Of a stretch of 64,000 nt of DNA, positions 1 to 11,882 are shown one piece after another (positions within the stretch are counted from its first letter, which is position 1; every line of letters begins with the position of its first letter). The notes beneath the pieces were generated by a model that was not told where the DNA came from, searched no databases, and saw nothing but the letters and a program-made list of their open reading frames with translations. Source of the stretch: Amoebophrya sp. A120 (taxonomy: Eukaryota > Protista > Dinoflagellata); assembly GCA_905178155.1 (NCBI GenBank), contig CAJINV010000009.1, positions 3,847,556 through 3,911,555 on the forward strand, read 5' to 3'. A program made the position numbers and the translations under genes.

Positions 1-63
1 GGCTGTCTTGCTGGTCTTGTGGGGCCACCGCCCTTCTTCTCGCCCCACGGGAATGGGATTCGC

Positions 64-2530
64 TTACGTCTGACGGGCAGCTTGGTTCGTTCTCTGCTTT
101 CGGCCGATCCGGCCCGGGGAGCGAAGTTGGCAAATTTGGAAAAAGCGCTGCACCTTTTTCGCCCAAAGCCAAAGCTTTAGGGGCAAAATCCGGCAAGGGC
201 TTCGCGCGATAGCCGGAGAAGCAAGGGGCAGGGAGAGTGGGGCAAGGTTGGCCAACAAGCTGGACGGCTTTGCGGCCTTGGGTTTTCGGAGAATAAAGCT
301 GGCCAAACTTGAGGGAATTTCTCAAGGTTCTTCAAGATTTTCCGCCGGCCCTCGCATTACCTACGGCCAAGGTGAGGCCTCGGGGCTTCGCGCGATAGCC
401 GGAGAAGCAGGGGAAAGATACGAGCGGGGCAAGGCTGGCCAGCTGGAAGGCTTTGCGGCCTTGAGTGTTCGGAAACAAAAGCGGGCCAAACTTGAAAAAA
501 TTCCTGAAATCGCTTCAAGGCTTCCCGCCTTCGCATTGCCAGCGGCCAAAACGTGGCCGCGGGGCTTTGCGCGATAGCCGGAGACGCAAAGAACAGAGCG
601 GGGCAAGGTTGGCCAGCTGGGCAGCTTTGTGGCCTTGGGTTTTCGGAAAAGCTCGCCAGGCTTGAAAGAGTTTTCCAACTTTTGCAAGATTCCGCGCCTG
701 CCTTCGCATTGGATTGCGTGCGGCCAAGTCGGGGCCTCGCGGGCGCGATAGCCGGCGAAGCAATGAACAGAGAAGCGCAAGGCTGGCCAGCTGGACGGCT
801 TTGCGGCCTTGGGTCTTCGGAAAGGCTGGCCAAACCTGAAAGAGATGGGCGCCCCAAGTTTTTTCAAGACTCCCAGGACAGATTCCCATTATCTACCTAC
901 GGCCAACATGTGGCCGCGGGGTTTTGCGCGATTGATAACCGGCGAACGAAGCAAGGAGCAGCGCGGAGTGAGGCTGGCCAGCAAGCCGGACGGCTTTGCG
1001 GCCAAACTTGGCAAAATTTCTCGCGTTTTTTCCGGATTGATTTCCCGCCGGCCCTCGCATTACCTACGGGCACGGCCAGAGTGTGAGTGGCCCCGGGGCT
1101 TCGCGAGATGGCCGGGGAAGCAAGGAGCAGAGCGGTGCAGGGCTGGCCAGCTTGCGGCCCTTGCGGCCTTGGGTTAGTTTTCGGAGAAGCTTGGCAAACC
1201 TGAAAAGGACTCCCAAGCTTTTTCGAGGCCTCCCGCGGTCGCATTACCTACGTAGGGCCAAAATGCGGCCGCGGGGCTTCGCGCGATAGCCGGAGAAGCA
1301 AGGAACAGAGCGGGGCCGGCAAGGCTGGCCAGCTCCTAAGCGGCTCGCTCCGCGGCTGGCTTCGGGCTTTCGGAAAAGCTGGCCAAACTTGAAAAAAGCT
1401 GTAAGCTTTTCCAAGCTTTCCCGCTTTCGCATTACCTGCGGCCAAAACGTGGCCACGGGCGGGGCGTCGCCCGATCGCCGGAGATGCAAGGGACAGAGCG
1501 GGGCAAGGCTGGCCAACTGGACGGCTTTGCGGTGTTGGGTTTTCGGGAAAGTTGACAAAGCTCGGAAACATTTTTCAAGTTTCTTCAGGAGTCCCCGTTT
1601 TCGCATTACGCACGACCAACGTGCGGCCTCGGGGCTTCGCGCGATAGCCGGAGAAGCAAGGGACGGAGCGCAGCAATGCTCGCCAGTTCGACGGCTTTGG
1701 GGCCTTGGGTTTTCGGGAAAGCTGGCCGCTTCAAGATTTCCCGCGGTCGGATTACCTTCCTACGGCCAACATGTGGCCGCGGGGCTTCGCACGATACCCG
1801 GAGAAGCAAGGAACAGAGCGGGGCAAGGCAGGCCAGCGGGACGGCTTTGCGGCCTTGAGTTTTCGGAAAAGTTTTCCAAACTTAAACCCCGCCAAGTTTT
1901 TTCAAGCTTTCCCGCGTTCGTATTGCCTACGGCCTCGGTGCGCCGCACAATAGCCGGGGAAGCACGGGGCAGAGCGGGGCAAGGCCGGCCAGCGAGCTGG
2001 ACGACTTTGCGGCTTTGAGTTTTCGGAGAAGCTGGCCAAACTTGAAAAAATTTCCCGGCTTTTCCAAGATTCCCCGCCTTCGTTCTACCTGCGGGCGGCC
2101 AAAATGTGGCCGCGGGGCTTCGCGCGATAGCCGGAGAAGCAAGGGGCAAAGCGGGGCAAGGCTGGCCAGCTCGGCGGCTTTGCGGCCTTGGGTTTTCGGA
2201 AAAGCTGGCCGCACTTGAAAAGGTTCGCGCGCTTTCTTCAGGGTTTCCCGTTTTCGCATTACCTACGGCCAAAATGCGGCCGCGGGGCTTCGCGCGATAG
2301 CCGGACGAGCAAGGAACAGAGAGAGCAGGGCACGGCCGGCAAGCTGGACGGCTTTGCGGGCGGCCTTGGGTTTTCGGGAAGGATGGCCAAACTTCAAAAA
2401 AGTTAGCTTTCAAGTTTTGCAAAGGGCTCCCGCGTTCAAATTACCTGCGGCCAAAATGCGGCCCCAAGATTCCCCGCATTCGGACGACTGGCGGCCAAGA
2501 TGTGGCCCCGGGTCTTCGCGCGATGGGCGG
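64..2530. repeat. Degenerate GC-rich tandem satellite, ~14 units of ~175-185 bp
   Basis: Core GGGGCTTCGCGCGATAGCCGGAGAAGCAAGG...GGCAAGGCTGGCCAGCTGGACGGCTTTGCGGCCTTGGGTTTTCGGAAAAGCTGGCCAAACTTG recurs near 207, 392, 571, 746, 929, 1104, 1283, 1473, 1641, 1790, 1950, 2124, 2294 and 2519. Confidence 0.92.
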
Positions 2531-2555
2531 GCTGCATACCCTTGGGAAGCACGTG

Positions 2556-2825
2556 CTCGCGAATATTCCAGAGCAGAACCCCCACCCCGAATGTTCGCGA
2601 ACATCCTAGAGCCGCCCACGCATGCATCAGGGCGAGCCCCATACCCTTGCGAAACGTTGCCGAATATTCCAGAACGCGGCCCCCTCGTCGAATATTCGCG
2701 AATATTCCGGGGCAGGGCGAAGACTCTCGGGAAGTTTTCGCGAATACTCAAGAAAACAGCCCCCCCGAATGTTCGCGCGCAGATATTCCAGAACGGCCCG
2801 AATGCTCGCGAATATTCCAGAACAG
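2556..2825. repeat. Cluster of palindromic (CG)CGAATATTC(GCG) motifs
   Basis: About ten GAATATTC/GAATGTTC-type copies in 270 bp, e.g. near 2559, 2662, 2689, 2699 and 2809. Confidence 0.8.
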
Positions 2826-3220
2826 CCCGGCACTTGCTGCCGGCGCCTGTCGTGCCCAGCCACCTGTCCTGTCGCGGCGAACTGGCGCCACCCCCTGTCG
2901 CCGTCAGCCACCTCCCGTCGGGGCTAGGCGAGACCAGAGCCCGGGGGCCAGGCAGTGCAAGTGCTAAAATTAATGGGCCCGAAATAAATGGACGCCGTAC
3001 GAGAAGAGCGCCGGCCGCGCTTTTGCGTGCGTGCGCCCATTTTCAAGGCGAGGCAGGTGCACGCGCGCCGCCCTTCTCGTCCTTCTTTTGGGCCGGTGCT
3101 AGCGTGGCAAAACTGAAGCTGGCTGCTTTTTAGCGCGCGCGCATTTTTCAAAAATAGCCACTACTTTTCGAAAGCAGACACTACTTTTCCGACCTTACGA
3201 AAAAGCAATCAGACTCGAAA

Positions 3221-4222
3221 TCCGGGCCCTGTAACTGTAACCACACACCCCAGGCGACAGGTGCAGGCGACAGGCGAAAGGAGAGGCGAAGCGACAGGCA
3301 AAAGGAGAGGCGAAGCGACAGGCGAACCGACAGGCGAAACGACAGGCGAAACGACAGGCGAAACGACAGGCGACGACGACAGGCGACGACGACAGGCGGC
3401 GGCGACAGGCCAAAAGTGGCAACTTTTCACGCGGTTCCGCACCAGCAGCAGCAACAAAAAAAAAGCACAGAGCTACTTACTTCCGCGAAGAAAAAAGGGG
3501 CTCTTTAAGTAACAGAGTTGCTTTTTTCTTCTTGCAAATAATTGGCCCTTTGCTTTTTTTTTGTTGCTGCTGCTGCTGCGGAACCGCGTGAGAAGTTGCC
3601 ACCTGTGGCCTATCGCCGCCGCCTGTCGTTTCGCCTCTCCTTTCGCCTGTCGCTTCGCCTCTCCTTTCGCCTGTCGGTTCGCCTGTCGCCGTCGCCTCTC
3701 GTCCTCACCTGTCGCCGTCACCTGTCGCGACGAACAAACTCTATTTGTCCATGACAAGCGCATTTTTTTACTTCTCAAAAATAAATAGTGACTTACTTAC
3801 TAAAAGCAAATCTTATTTATTTTTGAAAAATAGAAAGTAGGTGGCAAACGCATGCGTTCGAGTTTCTTCACTCCGTCTCGGGTTAATTTATTCACGTGCG
3901 TGAAATAGTTACTATTTCTCGAATGTGAATAAATTAACTATTTTTTGCACATGGACATGAATTAAGATAAAAGAGTTGCTTTTTTCTGTCGAAAGTCAAT
4001 AATTCTTTTATTTATTTTTTTGCTTCTAGTGTTGATTCTGCTGGTGCGAAACCGCATGAGAAATGGCCACTTTTGGCCTGTCGTCGCCGCCTGTCGTTTC
4101 GCCTGTCGTTTCGCCTCTCCTTTCGCCTGTCGCTTCGCCTCTCCTTTCGCCTGTCGTCTCACCTCTCGCCTTCACCTGTCGCCGTCACCTCTCGTCTGGG
4201 GTATGTGATAACAGAACCCGGA
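3221..4222. repeat. Foldback structure with 12-bp GGCGAAACGACA internal repeats
   Basis: Arm ~3221-3470 is the reverse complement of both ~3550-3730 and ~4040-4222; AT-rich spacers. Confidence 0.85.
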
Positions 4223-4243
4223 AGTCAAGCAATATAAATATTA

Positions 4244-4314
4244 ATTCAAGAGTCATGCCTGACACGCATGACAAACATGCATTCTTCCAGACCCAGACAT
4301 TTTTGCACTTGATA
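4244..4314. mobile_element. Right-end fragment of a family A introner (left part displaced)
   Basis: AAGAGTCATGCCTGACACGCATGACAA...CCAGACCCAGACATTTTTGCACTTGATA matches the right end of copies 33977-34231 and 58254-58510; homology stops near 4244. Confidence 0.85.
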
Positions 4315-7300
4315 TGTGTGGATTTACCGGAAAAATCCGAGGCGCTATTCGCAAAATTGCCTATGTTCGCGAATTACATGCTGGTGGAAATGGAAAAAAA
4401 AGCGAAAACGTTGAACGAGTGGTATAGTTTTGTGTTTGGAAGTTATTACTTCATCGTGTTTGATGCATGACAAACGCATACATTTTGACGTGCCGGCAAT
4501 ACAAATTTGCTTTGCCAAAAATTCTTGTTCCACCTTAAAAAAATCGTATCTTATCTTCAGGCTCGACCGCTACCGCTTCTACATGAACCTGGAGCAGGGC
4601 AAACCAAAACCCGACGCGGAGGGGCAACAGAGGATTGCGAAGCTCCGGAACGACTGCGACACCGTCCTCGAGGATCTAGCGAAGGACCGGTGGCAAAAGA
4701 TGTGGAGCCGGTTGAACCCCAAAACGAACTCTTTCGTCACCGACGAGCGGGCCTGCGCCGACCGGAAGGTGATGCTGCTGAAGCAGATGGCGATGGTGAT
4801 CCAGGTTTTGATCAGGAGTAAAGAGTCGGGGCACTGGTTTGCACGGGATCTACTACCCTATTCTGGAAAGGAAAAAATGCAGGCGTTGGTGGAAAATATC
4901 AACACGATCAAGAAAGCGTATTTCCAGTGCGACACGTTTGAGAGAATGGAGAAGTGGCTCGGCTTCATGAAGAAGGAGGCGGAAGGGAAGTTTTTGAAGA
5001 AGGCGGACAGTATCATGAGTAAGTACGGGACTGTGTGCTCCTTAGGGTCCGGGGGAATTTGCGGTTTGAAATCCGGGAGCCCAAACGAGATCATGAAAAA
5101 CGCGATGGATGGTATACTAATACATGTTGATGTGATCTTGGCGATTTCCTGTTTGTGTTGAAGCGTTTTTCATCTTGCATCACCCAACTACTTACATCAC
5201 TAGCACTACATGTCGGGGGACATGTGTGGTGTTGCACGTCTGCTCCATTTGTTCAATTTGCAGCTCTGAATTTCATCACCAAATCTATTCTCACTCTATC
5301 AGGCGCCACCACTCCTTGCGAATACGTGGTCGCGCACCACTTGCTTCCCCACCACAAAACCAGCCCGATTCTTATGACGGAGAAGCTCAGGTGTTTGATT
5401 GGCACGGAAATTTGGGAAGATTTGCACGACAATTTTCCCCTCTACTGCAAGTTGATTTACCTTCTCTCCGACGGCCACAAGGAGTTCATTCACTTGGTCA
5501 GTTCCGAGTGCATTTTCGAATTCCTGAAAAAGCACTTCCGGGAGTCCATGTTGTTTCTCCACACGATTATAGACGTGCCGAAGAACGGAGGAGGTCCGAA
5601 TAACACCCAGAACAAGAATCCGATGCAACTGCAAAACCAGCAGAACAACAACAATAATCCCTCGGAACAGACCACGAAAAAAGTTCTTCGGATCTACGTC
5701 TTAGGGGAGGATGACGACCACAATTTCATCCCCGCAGTCAAAACCATCACCGGCTTAGTGATTGACAACACGTCGACGAATACCCCCGCGCCGAGTTTCA
5801 AGCAGGAATTTCCGAACTTACTCAGGGAGTTCCAGCATTGGCTGGATAAATTCCCGAGGGAGCTCATGGTCCCCTTTTCCCCGGGCCACATGGCGATGCA
5901 CAACTTCGGCCAGATATGAAAGCCTCAGGTTGGAAATCCTCAAAGTGGAAATAATTTGTAATGCAAGAAAACGACTCCAGTTGAACTTGAAGCACCATTG
6001 CTAGTCGGCGCATGAGAAATCTCCCGGACACTCAAAACGTGTCTGTCATGCTAGTTAGGCAAAGGGGTGCCCTTCTGTCGTGCTAGTCAGCAGCCCAATT
6101 CTGAACCAGTAGAAGCACAACAGTCGGCCTCCGTTGCGTCCACTGCAATACAGGGTTTTTTGCGTCGCATTTCACGCGTCACAAATTATTTCCACTTTGA
6201 GGATTTCCATTCTGAGGCTTTCATACCAGATGCAGATCGTTTTCAAATCCGGTGACGATACGACGACGAAGAAGACGCATGTGTCATTCAGAGATCCGAA
6301 AACCGGGAACATCACGGAGTTGACAATCAGGGATTTTCTCGAAAAGTTCGGGCCCGTTGGGAAAAAGGCGGATGAAATTAAGGAGATCATGGAGCAACAG
6401 TTGAAACAGAAGCAAGAGCAACTACAGCAACAGCAACTCTTGCAGCAGCAACAAAACAGGCTAGGAGCAGCTGGAGTTGTTCCTGGAGCCCCGGGCGGGC
6501 AGCCGCCGCGGCAGCAGGAACACCACCCATTGGCGGTGCAGGGTGCGAAGGAGCTGGCGAAGGTGTTGAAAGACAACCCTATCCCGATTAAAAACGTACC
6601 CACACCAGAGTCAAGATGGGGATTTTGCAACACAAACCTAGGAGTTTTGGGAGTCACGCATGACAAGTTTCAGTCTGTAAGGTAGTGCAAGTTAGCAAGG
6701 AAAGCCGCATCACAAATCGATCTGCTGATCCTGTTTACAGCATTACAAGTTCCCAAACACGATTGAGAATGCCTGTCATGGGGTTGCGCATCACAAATGT
6801 TCCTGTCATGGCAAATCTGCATGACAACTATGGTGCTTTTGGCTCAAGGAGAGCGCAGGCATAGCCTCAACGCCCCGCGCGTCTGTGTGCGCTTTGAAAA
6901 AAAACTAAAAAAAAAAAAAAAAATGTTCGCTGGTTCTTTTGGTGCTCCTCCCCACAGCGCCGGCACAACCTCCTCGGGATCGGGCCACGCAACTCGGAGG
7001 GACGAACGGCGCCGGCGAAGCACGCCTACAACCCAAGTGCGGCCCCAAGTGCGTTCGGCGCGGACGCGGCTCGGGTCGGCTTTGGCAAATGGACACCACG
7101 TTTCGCGCGGAGGCCCCCCAGCTCGCCCAAGCCAGTAGCAGCAAGCTCAATCGAGTCTTGTTCCCCATGCACAATAGATGCGAGGTAAGGGGCGCACAAT
7201 AGATGCGAGCTCAAGGCTTGGCACCGCTGGGGGGGATGGTCTTGGCCACATCGCGGGAATTTTCCCGCCGTGGAATCGACAATGGACCTGGCGCCGGCGT

Positions 7301-9179
7301 TTTACGCTTCTATGTTGCTCCCGCGTGGGCTGCGGTCCGCGTGAAGAAGCGTGTTCTACTTGAGCCGCCTTGCCAATCGTGTATCTGTGCTCCGAGCTTC
7401 TGGGCAAGTGTAAAGCATGCTTCTTGACCGCCAAAGTTTGCGGTCAGGTGGATAAGCATTAATTCTCGCTGCATCTCTTACCTTTAACTTGGATGTCTAA
7501 ACATCACTTCAGGCCTGCGCTTGTCGCTTAGTGTCTCCAGTGAATGCATTCATCCAGACAGTAGCTACGGGCTTTGCCGCAGGCTGCAGCTTTCTCTTGT
7601 AGTTGTGTGCCTGGCTGTACATTCCCGATATAGTGGTTGCGAGTTGGAAGTTTGCGAGAATCAGAGTAAGGAATTGTTGGCAAAAAAGTGAGGCGTTGTT
7701 CTGTTGGCAAGTGGGCACAAGTTGGCACAGTATGGCTGTTGGCACAGTATGGATATGGTTGGTGGCGATAACAGAGTTGGAATATAGTGGCCGGGAGATG
7801 ATGGTGATGGCACTTTGGCGTCCGCCTGACCCACCCGCCCTGCGTCTCAAGCCATCTGCGGCCATGGCACAATGGGGGGGCAAAGTGTGTCGCATTTTGT
7901 TTAGCATGACAACTATGGTGTGGGTACGTTTTTACTCAGGATAAACCCGCAGGCAAATCTAACCGGGGACGAGATCGTGAAGCGCGTGAAGGTATCAAAT
8001 GCAAAAATGTCTGGGTCTGGGACGAGATTGCGAGATTTGTCATGCTAGTCTGGCATGACTCTTAAATCTGTCATGCACGTTTCCCAAGAGCCCCATTTTG
8101 CTGTCATGCAGAAACGCAGTTTGCCATGCAGAATAGGCAACACCTAGAAGCTCAAAAGCTTGTCATGCTGAGCCAGCATAATTTGTGGCCTCTTCATGAT
8201 ACGCCACCCAGCATCACAAGTTTCCAGACCCAGACACTTTTACAATCCATACAAGGAGTTTGTCGCGACGTGCGGGAACATCGTGAAGCTTCACGAACAG
8301 ATGCAGCGGGAGTACCATGCGGAGGTGCAGCGAAGGGGCGGGCCGAATCATCCGAACGCGAAAACGATCGCGCCGGTCCGCGCGTTGGAGTCGATGTTGA
8401 AGCTGCAACTGGTGATTGCGACAACGAATAACCCCCAGCTCCACTCCGTCGCGCAACACCCAAAATTCCACACGATGGACCCGAAGCAGCAGCAAGCGAT
8501 GTTGCAGTACGTTTTGACAAATTCGGCGAATTTACCCGGGGGAAACAACAGTACTCAGGGAAATAATAATCAGGCGCAGCAGAATAATATGAACCAGCAT
8601 CAACAAAATAACCCGAATCAGTTGAACAGCATTCAGCAGCAATTACTGCAGCAGCACCAGCAACAGCAGAACCAGATGCAGCAGCAACAGCACATCCTGC
8701 CCATACCAAATCAACAGCAAAACCAGGGCAATAATATCATGCCCATGATTGCTCGGCAACAGCAGCAGTACAATCAGCAACAGCACAATATGCAGCAGCG
8801 ACATCAAAATAACATGATGAACAACTGGAGCCAAAAGGGTGGAAAGGGTGGAAAACAACATCACAACAACAATTACGGCGGGATGAATAACAACAACATG
8901 CATCATCAACAGTACAACAACCATAACCAACAGCAGCAACAACAATACAACCAGCAACAACAATATCAACAGCAGTTGCAAAATAACCAGAATCAGCATA
9001 TCTCACCACCCCGGCAAAACCAGACAATCTCCGCCGCGAGCTTGCTAGGGAATATGTCGATGTCGGCGGGGAACACGCCCGCGTCGACAAACAAACGGCA
9101 GTCGATGGAGCACAACAGTCCGGCGAAGAGGCAAAACGCGCCGCCCGTGAAGTTAGGGGAAGAGGATGATGAGTTGTAA
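4315..9179 (+). CDS. 5'-partial multi-exon hypothetical protein with Q/N-rich C-terminus
   Basis: Exons ~4315-4421, 4561-5111, 5303-5914, 6231-6579, 7949-7991, 8256-9179 join in frame (NEWLDRY, MDGATTP, FGQMQIV, KDNPQAN, RVKEFVA); stop 9177-9179. No family recognised. Confidence 0.8.
4422..4560 (+). other. GT-AG intron (GTATAG...TTCAG) with relic introner motifs
   Basis: In-frame join EW-LDR; contains GCATGACAA and GCAATACAA. Confidence 0.8.
5112..5302 (+). other. GT-AG intron (GTATAC...CTATCAG)
   Basis: In-frame join DG-ATT. Confidence 0.8.
5915..6225. mobile_element. Introner family C
   Basis: 45-bp TIR TATGAAAGCCTCAG..GGAAATCCTCAAAGTGGAAATAATTTGT with 2 mismatches; direct repeat CCAGA/CCAGA. 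Confidence 0.93.
6836..7903. mobile_element. Nested insertion with 17-bp duplication, probably retroposed
   Basis: GCATGACAACTATGGTG at 6819-6835 and 7904-7920; no TIR; starts with an SL fragment and has an internal poly(A). Confidence 0.85.
6837..6923 (+). other. Dinoflagellate spliced-leader fragment + 48 nt + poly(A)
   Basis: TTTTGGCTCAAG (6837-6848) equals the last 12 nt of DinoSL DCCGTAGCCATTTTGGCTCAAG, one base inside the insertion boundary; A8-CT-A17 at 6897-6923. Confidence 0.75.
7993..8251. mobile_element. Introner family A (forms a GT-AG intron 7992-8255)
   Basis: TIR TATCAAATGCAAAAATGTCTGGGTCTGG; repeat GAAGG/CAAGG. Confidence 0.92.
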
Positions 9180-11238
9180 GTAGTACAACTACCAATAGCA
9201 GTGCTAGCGACCTTGATTTACTGCAACATATGGCGGCTGTTGAAGAGAAGTGTCAATGTAACTCATGTTCAGTTTTTGTTTTGCAACGCAACAAGAAAAT
9301 TTACAACTAAATTACAACGATAGAAGCTGATCTGGTGATTAGCCCGCAGTCAGAATCTGTACCCTTTAATTGCTTGAGTGTCAACATGTTTTTTACCTAG
9401 GATTTCAAACACGCAATATCTGCGTTCAAATTCCAAGCAGCACTTGGAAATTTTCACAAGTTTTTCTGTCAGTCCTTTGTGTTGGACATGGACGTCGACG
9501 TGGATTTGCAACATACAAGAATGGCGGAAAAACTACACTCTACAGTTTGAAAAGCAAGACGATGAAACGTCAAATGGCGTTGGCTAGTAGACAGGCCCTG
9601 TTTTGGCGCTCCTGTTGTAAGTCAATATTCGTCACCCGCGCAGTCGCGTGCAATGGCTGAGCAGCCACAGCATTTTTTCTTGGAGAGCACGAGTTTGACT
9701 TTGTGTTGGAATTTTATGCTTGAGAATTACGAAGTAATTCGTTAGCACCAGTTTTGAGTCCATGGAAAAGAAGAGTCGTCTGCTCTCGTCTTCGTCTCGT
9801 CCATGTCTTCGTCCTAAGATCTAGTTGGTGGGTCGCGCATACCGCAAATAACGCGACGGCACAGGCAAACGTTCTAGCTCCGTACTGGCCCAGTCTCGGG
9901 CGTCTAAAGTCTCTTACTAGACTAGAAATAGTAAGAAGTTGAGAGAAGGAGAGAGGTAGAGACTTTCTTGAGAGGGAGCGTTGTAGCTCATTGACAACTG
10001 GCGAAACCTTCGCAGGTCTGCAGTGGCGAGACCGGTGCTGCGTGTGTAGCGGGGAGCCTTGGCCGACAGGCCGCCCCCGCTCTGCGGAAGCATGGCGCGG
10101 GCCCCCACTCTGTGGGCCACCGATTGCGTGTGGCGTCTTGAGTCGGCAACTCGTCGCCCATGCGTTTGGCGCCGCCCCCACATGGACGAGGGCACTGCCG
10201 TCAGCCGACGACAAGAACAAGAAGAGGAACGAGGTGGGTCGCCCGTCGTCTTCCGCGCGCCGAGCGGAGCCCTCAGGCCATTCGCTCGAGTGGCAGGCAG
10301 GGCCGGCCGCCGCCCGCCACATGCCGGCGCGGTAGCGGCCTGCCCGCATGTGGCGCCGACAGTGTCGGCGGCTTGTGCTTGTGTAGGGCGGGCGTCGCCC
10401 CGGCCTGCGCCGTTCAAGCCCGTCGCGGTCGGCATTGGCCGGGGGGGGGGCAGGCAGTCTTGTCGCCCGGCAATGGGGGCCGTTTCGCCCCTTGTGGTGA
10501 CCCAGGAGGCGTCGGCCGGGGCCGGCGGCCGGGTGGCATTGGGCCGGCGCGCTGTCGCTTTATTTTATTACGGCGGGTCAGTGTTATATTGGGCGCGGGC
10601 GCCAGCTGCAGCTCAAGCTCTGTATACATAGCTCGCCCAGTTCGCTGCGGTTGGGGTCGCATCGGTGGAGCGGGGGCCCAAAGCCGATGAGGCGTGTCAT
10701 CTGTGTATCTTCTGTTGTCTAGATATGCCACGCGGCGGCCACCGGGAGCCCGTTCGCTCAATCCGCTTCCGGTGGCAAGAATTTGTGTGCGTTGATATAG
10801 CAGCTTTCATCGACTGCTTTTTGCGCAGGAGCGTCCGTGCCGAAGAGGCTCTCTGTGAGTGTGGGCGCCGTGGTTTGACGATGTGCTGTGCCTGCGTTGT
10901 TGCGGGCAGTGGTGTTCTTTCATTTTCAATGATGGAGAGAATGAGCAGTAAAGGTAAACTAAAGCGTTGCCACCGTTGTGTGTGAACCCCCCGATTGGCG
11001 TGCCGATGAGCGATTGACAGGAGGAGCAGATATGTATCGAGCAGTTGCAGCTGTGGTCACAACTTCCATAGAAAATTATGCGGGGACTGTTTGCTCTAGC
11101 TCTTGCTCATCCTCACGCGAACGCGTCAAAATCAACATACATCTCGATCTGTCTCCATTAAACCCCAAGTTGTTTTGATGCGCTCGAAGTCCACCTCCCG
11201 CTAGCAATCTCTGATTGCAGCACCTGCTGCTCCACAAG

Positions 11239-11882
11239 ATGTTGTCTGCCGCGCTGCAGCGGACAGCGACATGTGGCCTCAAGATGAACAGGAACAGCTG
11301 CCGTGTTGGTTTAAAATCAAATAAAATTCCGGCACCTTATTTCAGACAGCAGCACTTCCAATCCCGCTTCTTCGCGGGCTCGATTCCGCCCCCAGATCCC
11401 AGTAGTAAGAAGTACCCGGTGGTTCCTGCGGGTGTTGGGACCGTAGCCCCAATGGAGGTCTACAACCCGCACGCCAACTGCTACACCGCCCTGGACCCAC
11501 TGAACCCAGGACAAGCGTGCAGTGACATGGGAGGCGGGAATGAAGGTACTACATGTCTGTAGAAGTGCTGACGTGTTTATGATCCTACGTCAACATCCTT
11601 TTTGTCGTGCGTGACCTACGATCTGATGTGAACGCCAACGCGGACGTGCATACATAGGAAGACTCGCACGACAAACTGCCAGGTATCCCCCGCGAGTACA
11701 TCGCCGCTTTTATCCAGCAACAGACTAAGCGAGAGCCGGAATTTCTCGGCGTCAGTACTTACTCCGGGTTGATTTGGGCGGTGCTTGCGGGCTGGTACTT
11801 CATCTACGGCTACTTCAACATCACCAGCAACTACCACGACACCTTCTGGCCACGCGTCTTCCTGTTTGGACTTTTCGACTAA
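11239..11882 (+). CDS. Small single-TM protein with mitochondrial presequence-like N-terminus (168 aa)
   Basis: Exons 11239-11545 and 11683-11882 (GT-AG intron); basic, acid-free N-terminus MLSAALQRTAT...FQSRFF; TM GLIWAVLAGWYFIYGYFNI. Confidence 0.7.

Larger units (their letters stand above)
6580..7943. mobile_element. Introner family D carrying a nested 1068-bp insertion
   Basis: TIR TATCC.GA.TAAAAACGTACCCACACCA; repeat AACCC/AACCC; otherwise collinear with the 279-bp copy at 29679. Confidence 0.93.

Noticed and set aside
64-2530. CRISPR-like repeat-spacer array
   Set aside because: The whole unit is repeated and degenerate, with no unique spacers and no cas genes; context is eukaryotic.
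64-4240. Many overlapping ORFs in the satellite and foldback region
   Set aside because: Products of GC-rich repeats in all frames; no domain-like sequence.
7169-7209. 16-bp direct repeat GCACAATAGATGCGAG as another duplication-flanked insert
   Set aside because: Copies are only 9 bp apart; more simply a local duplication.
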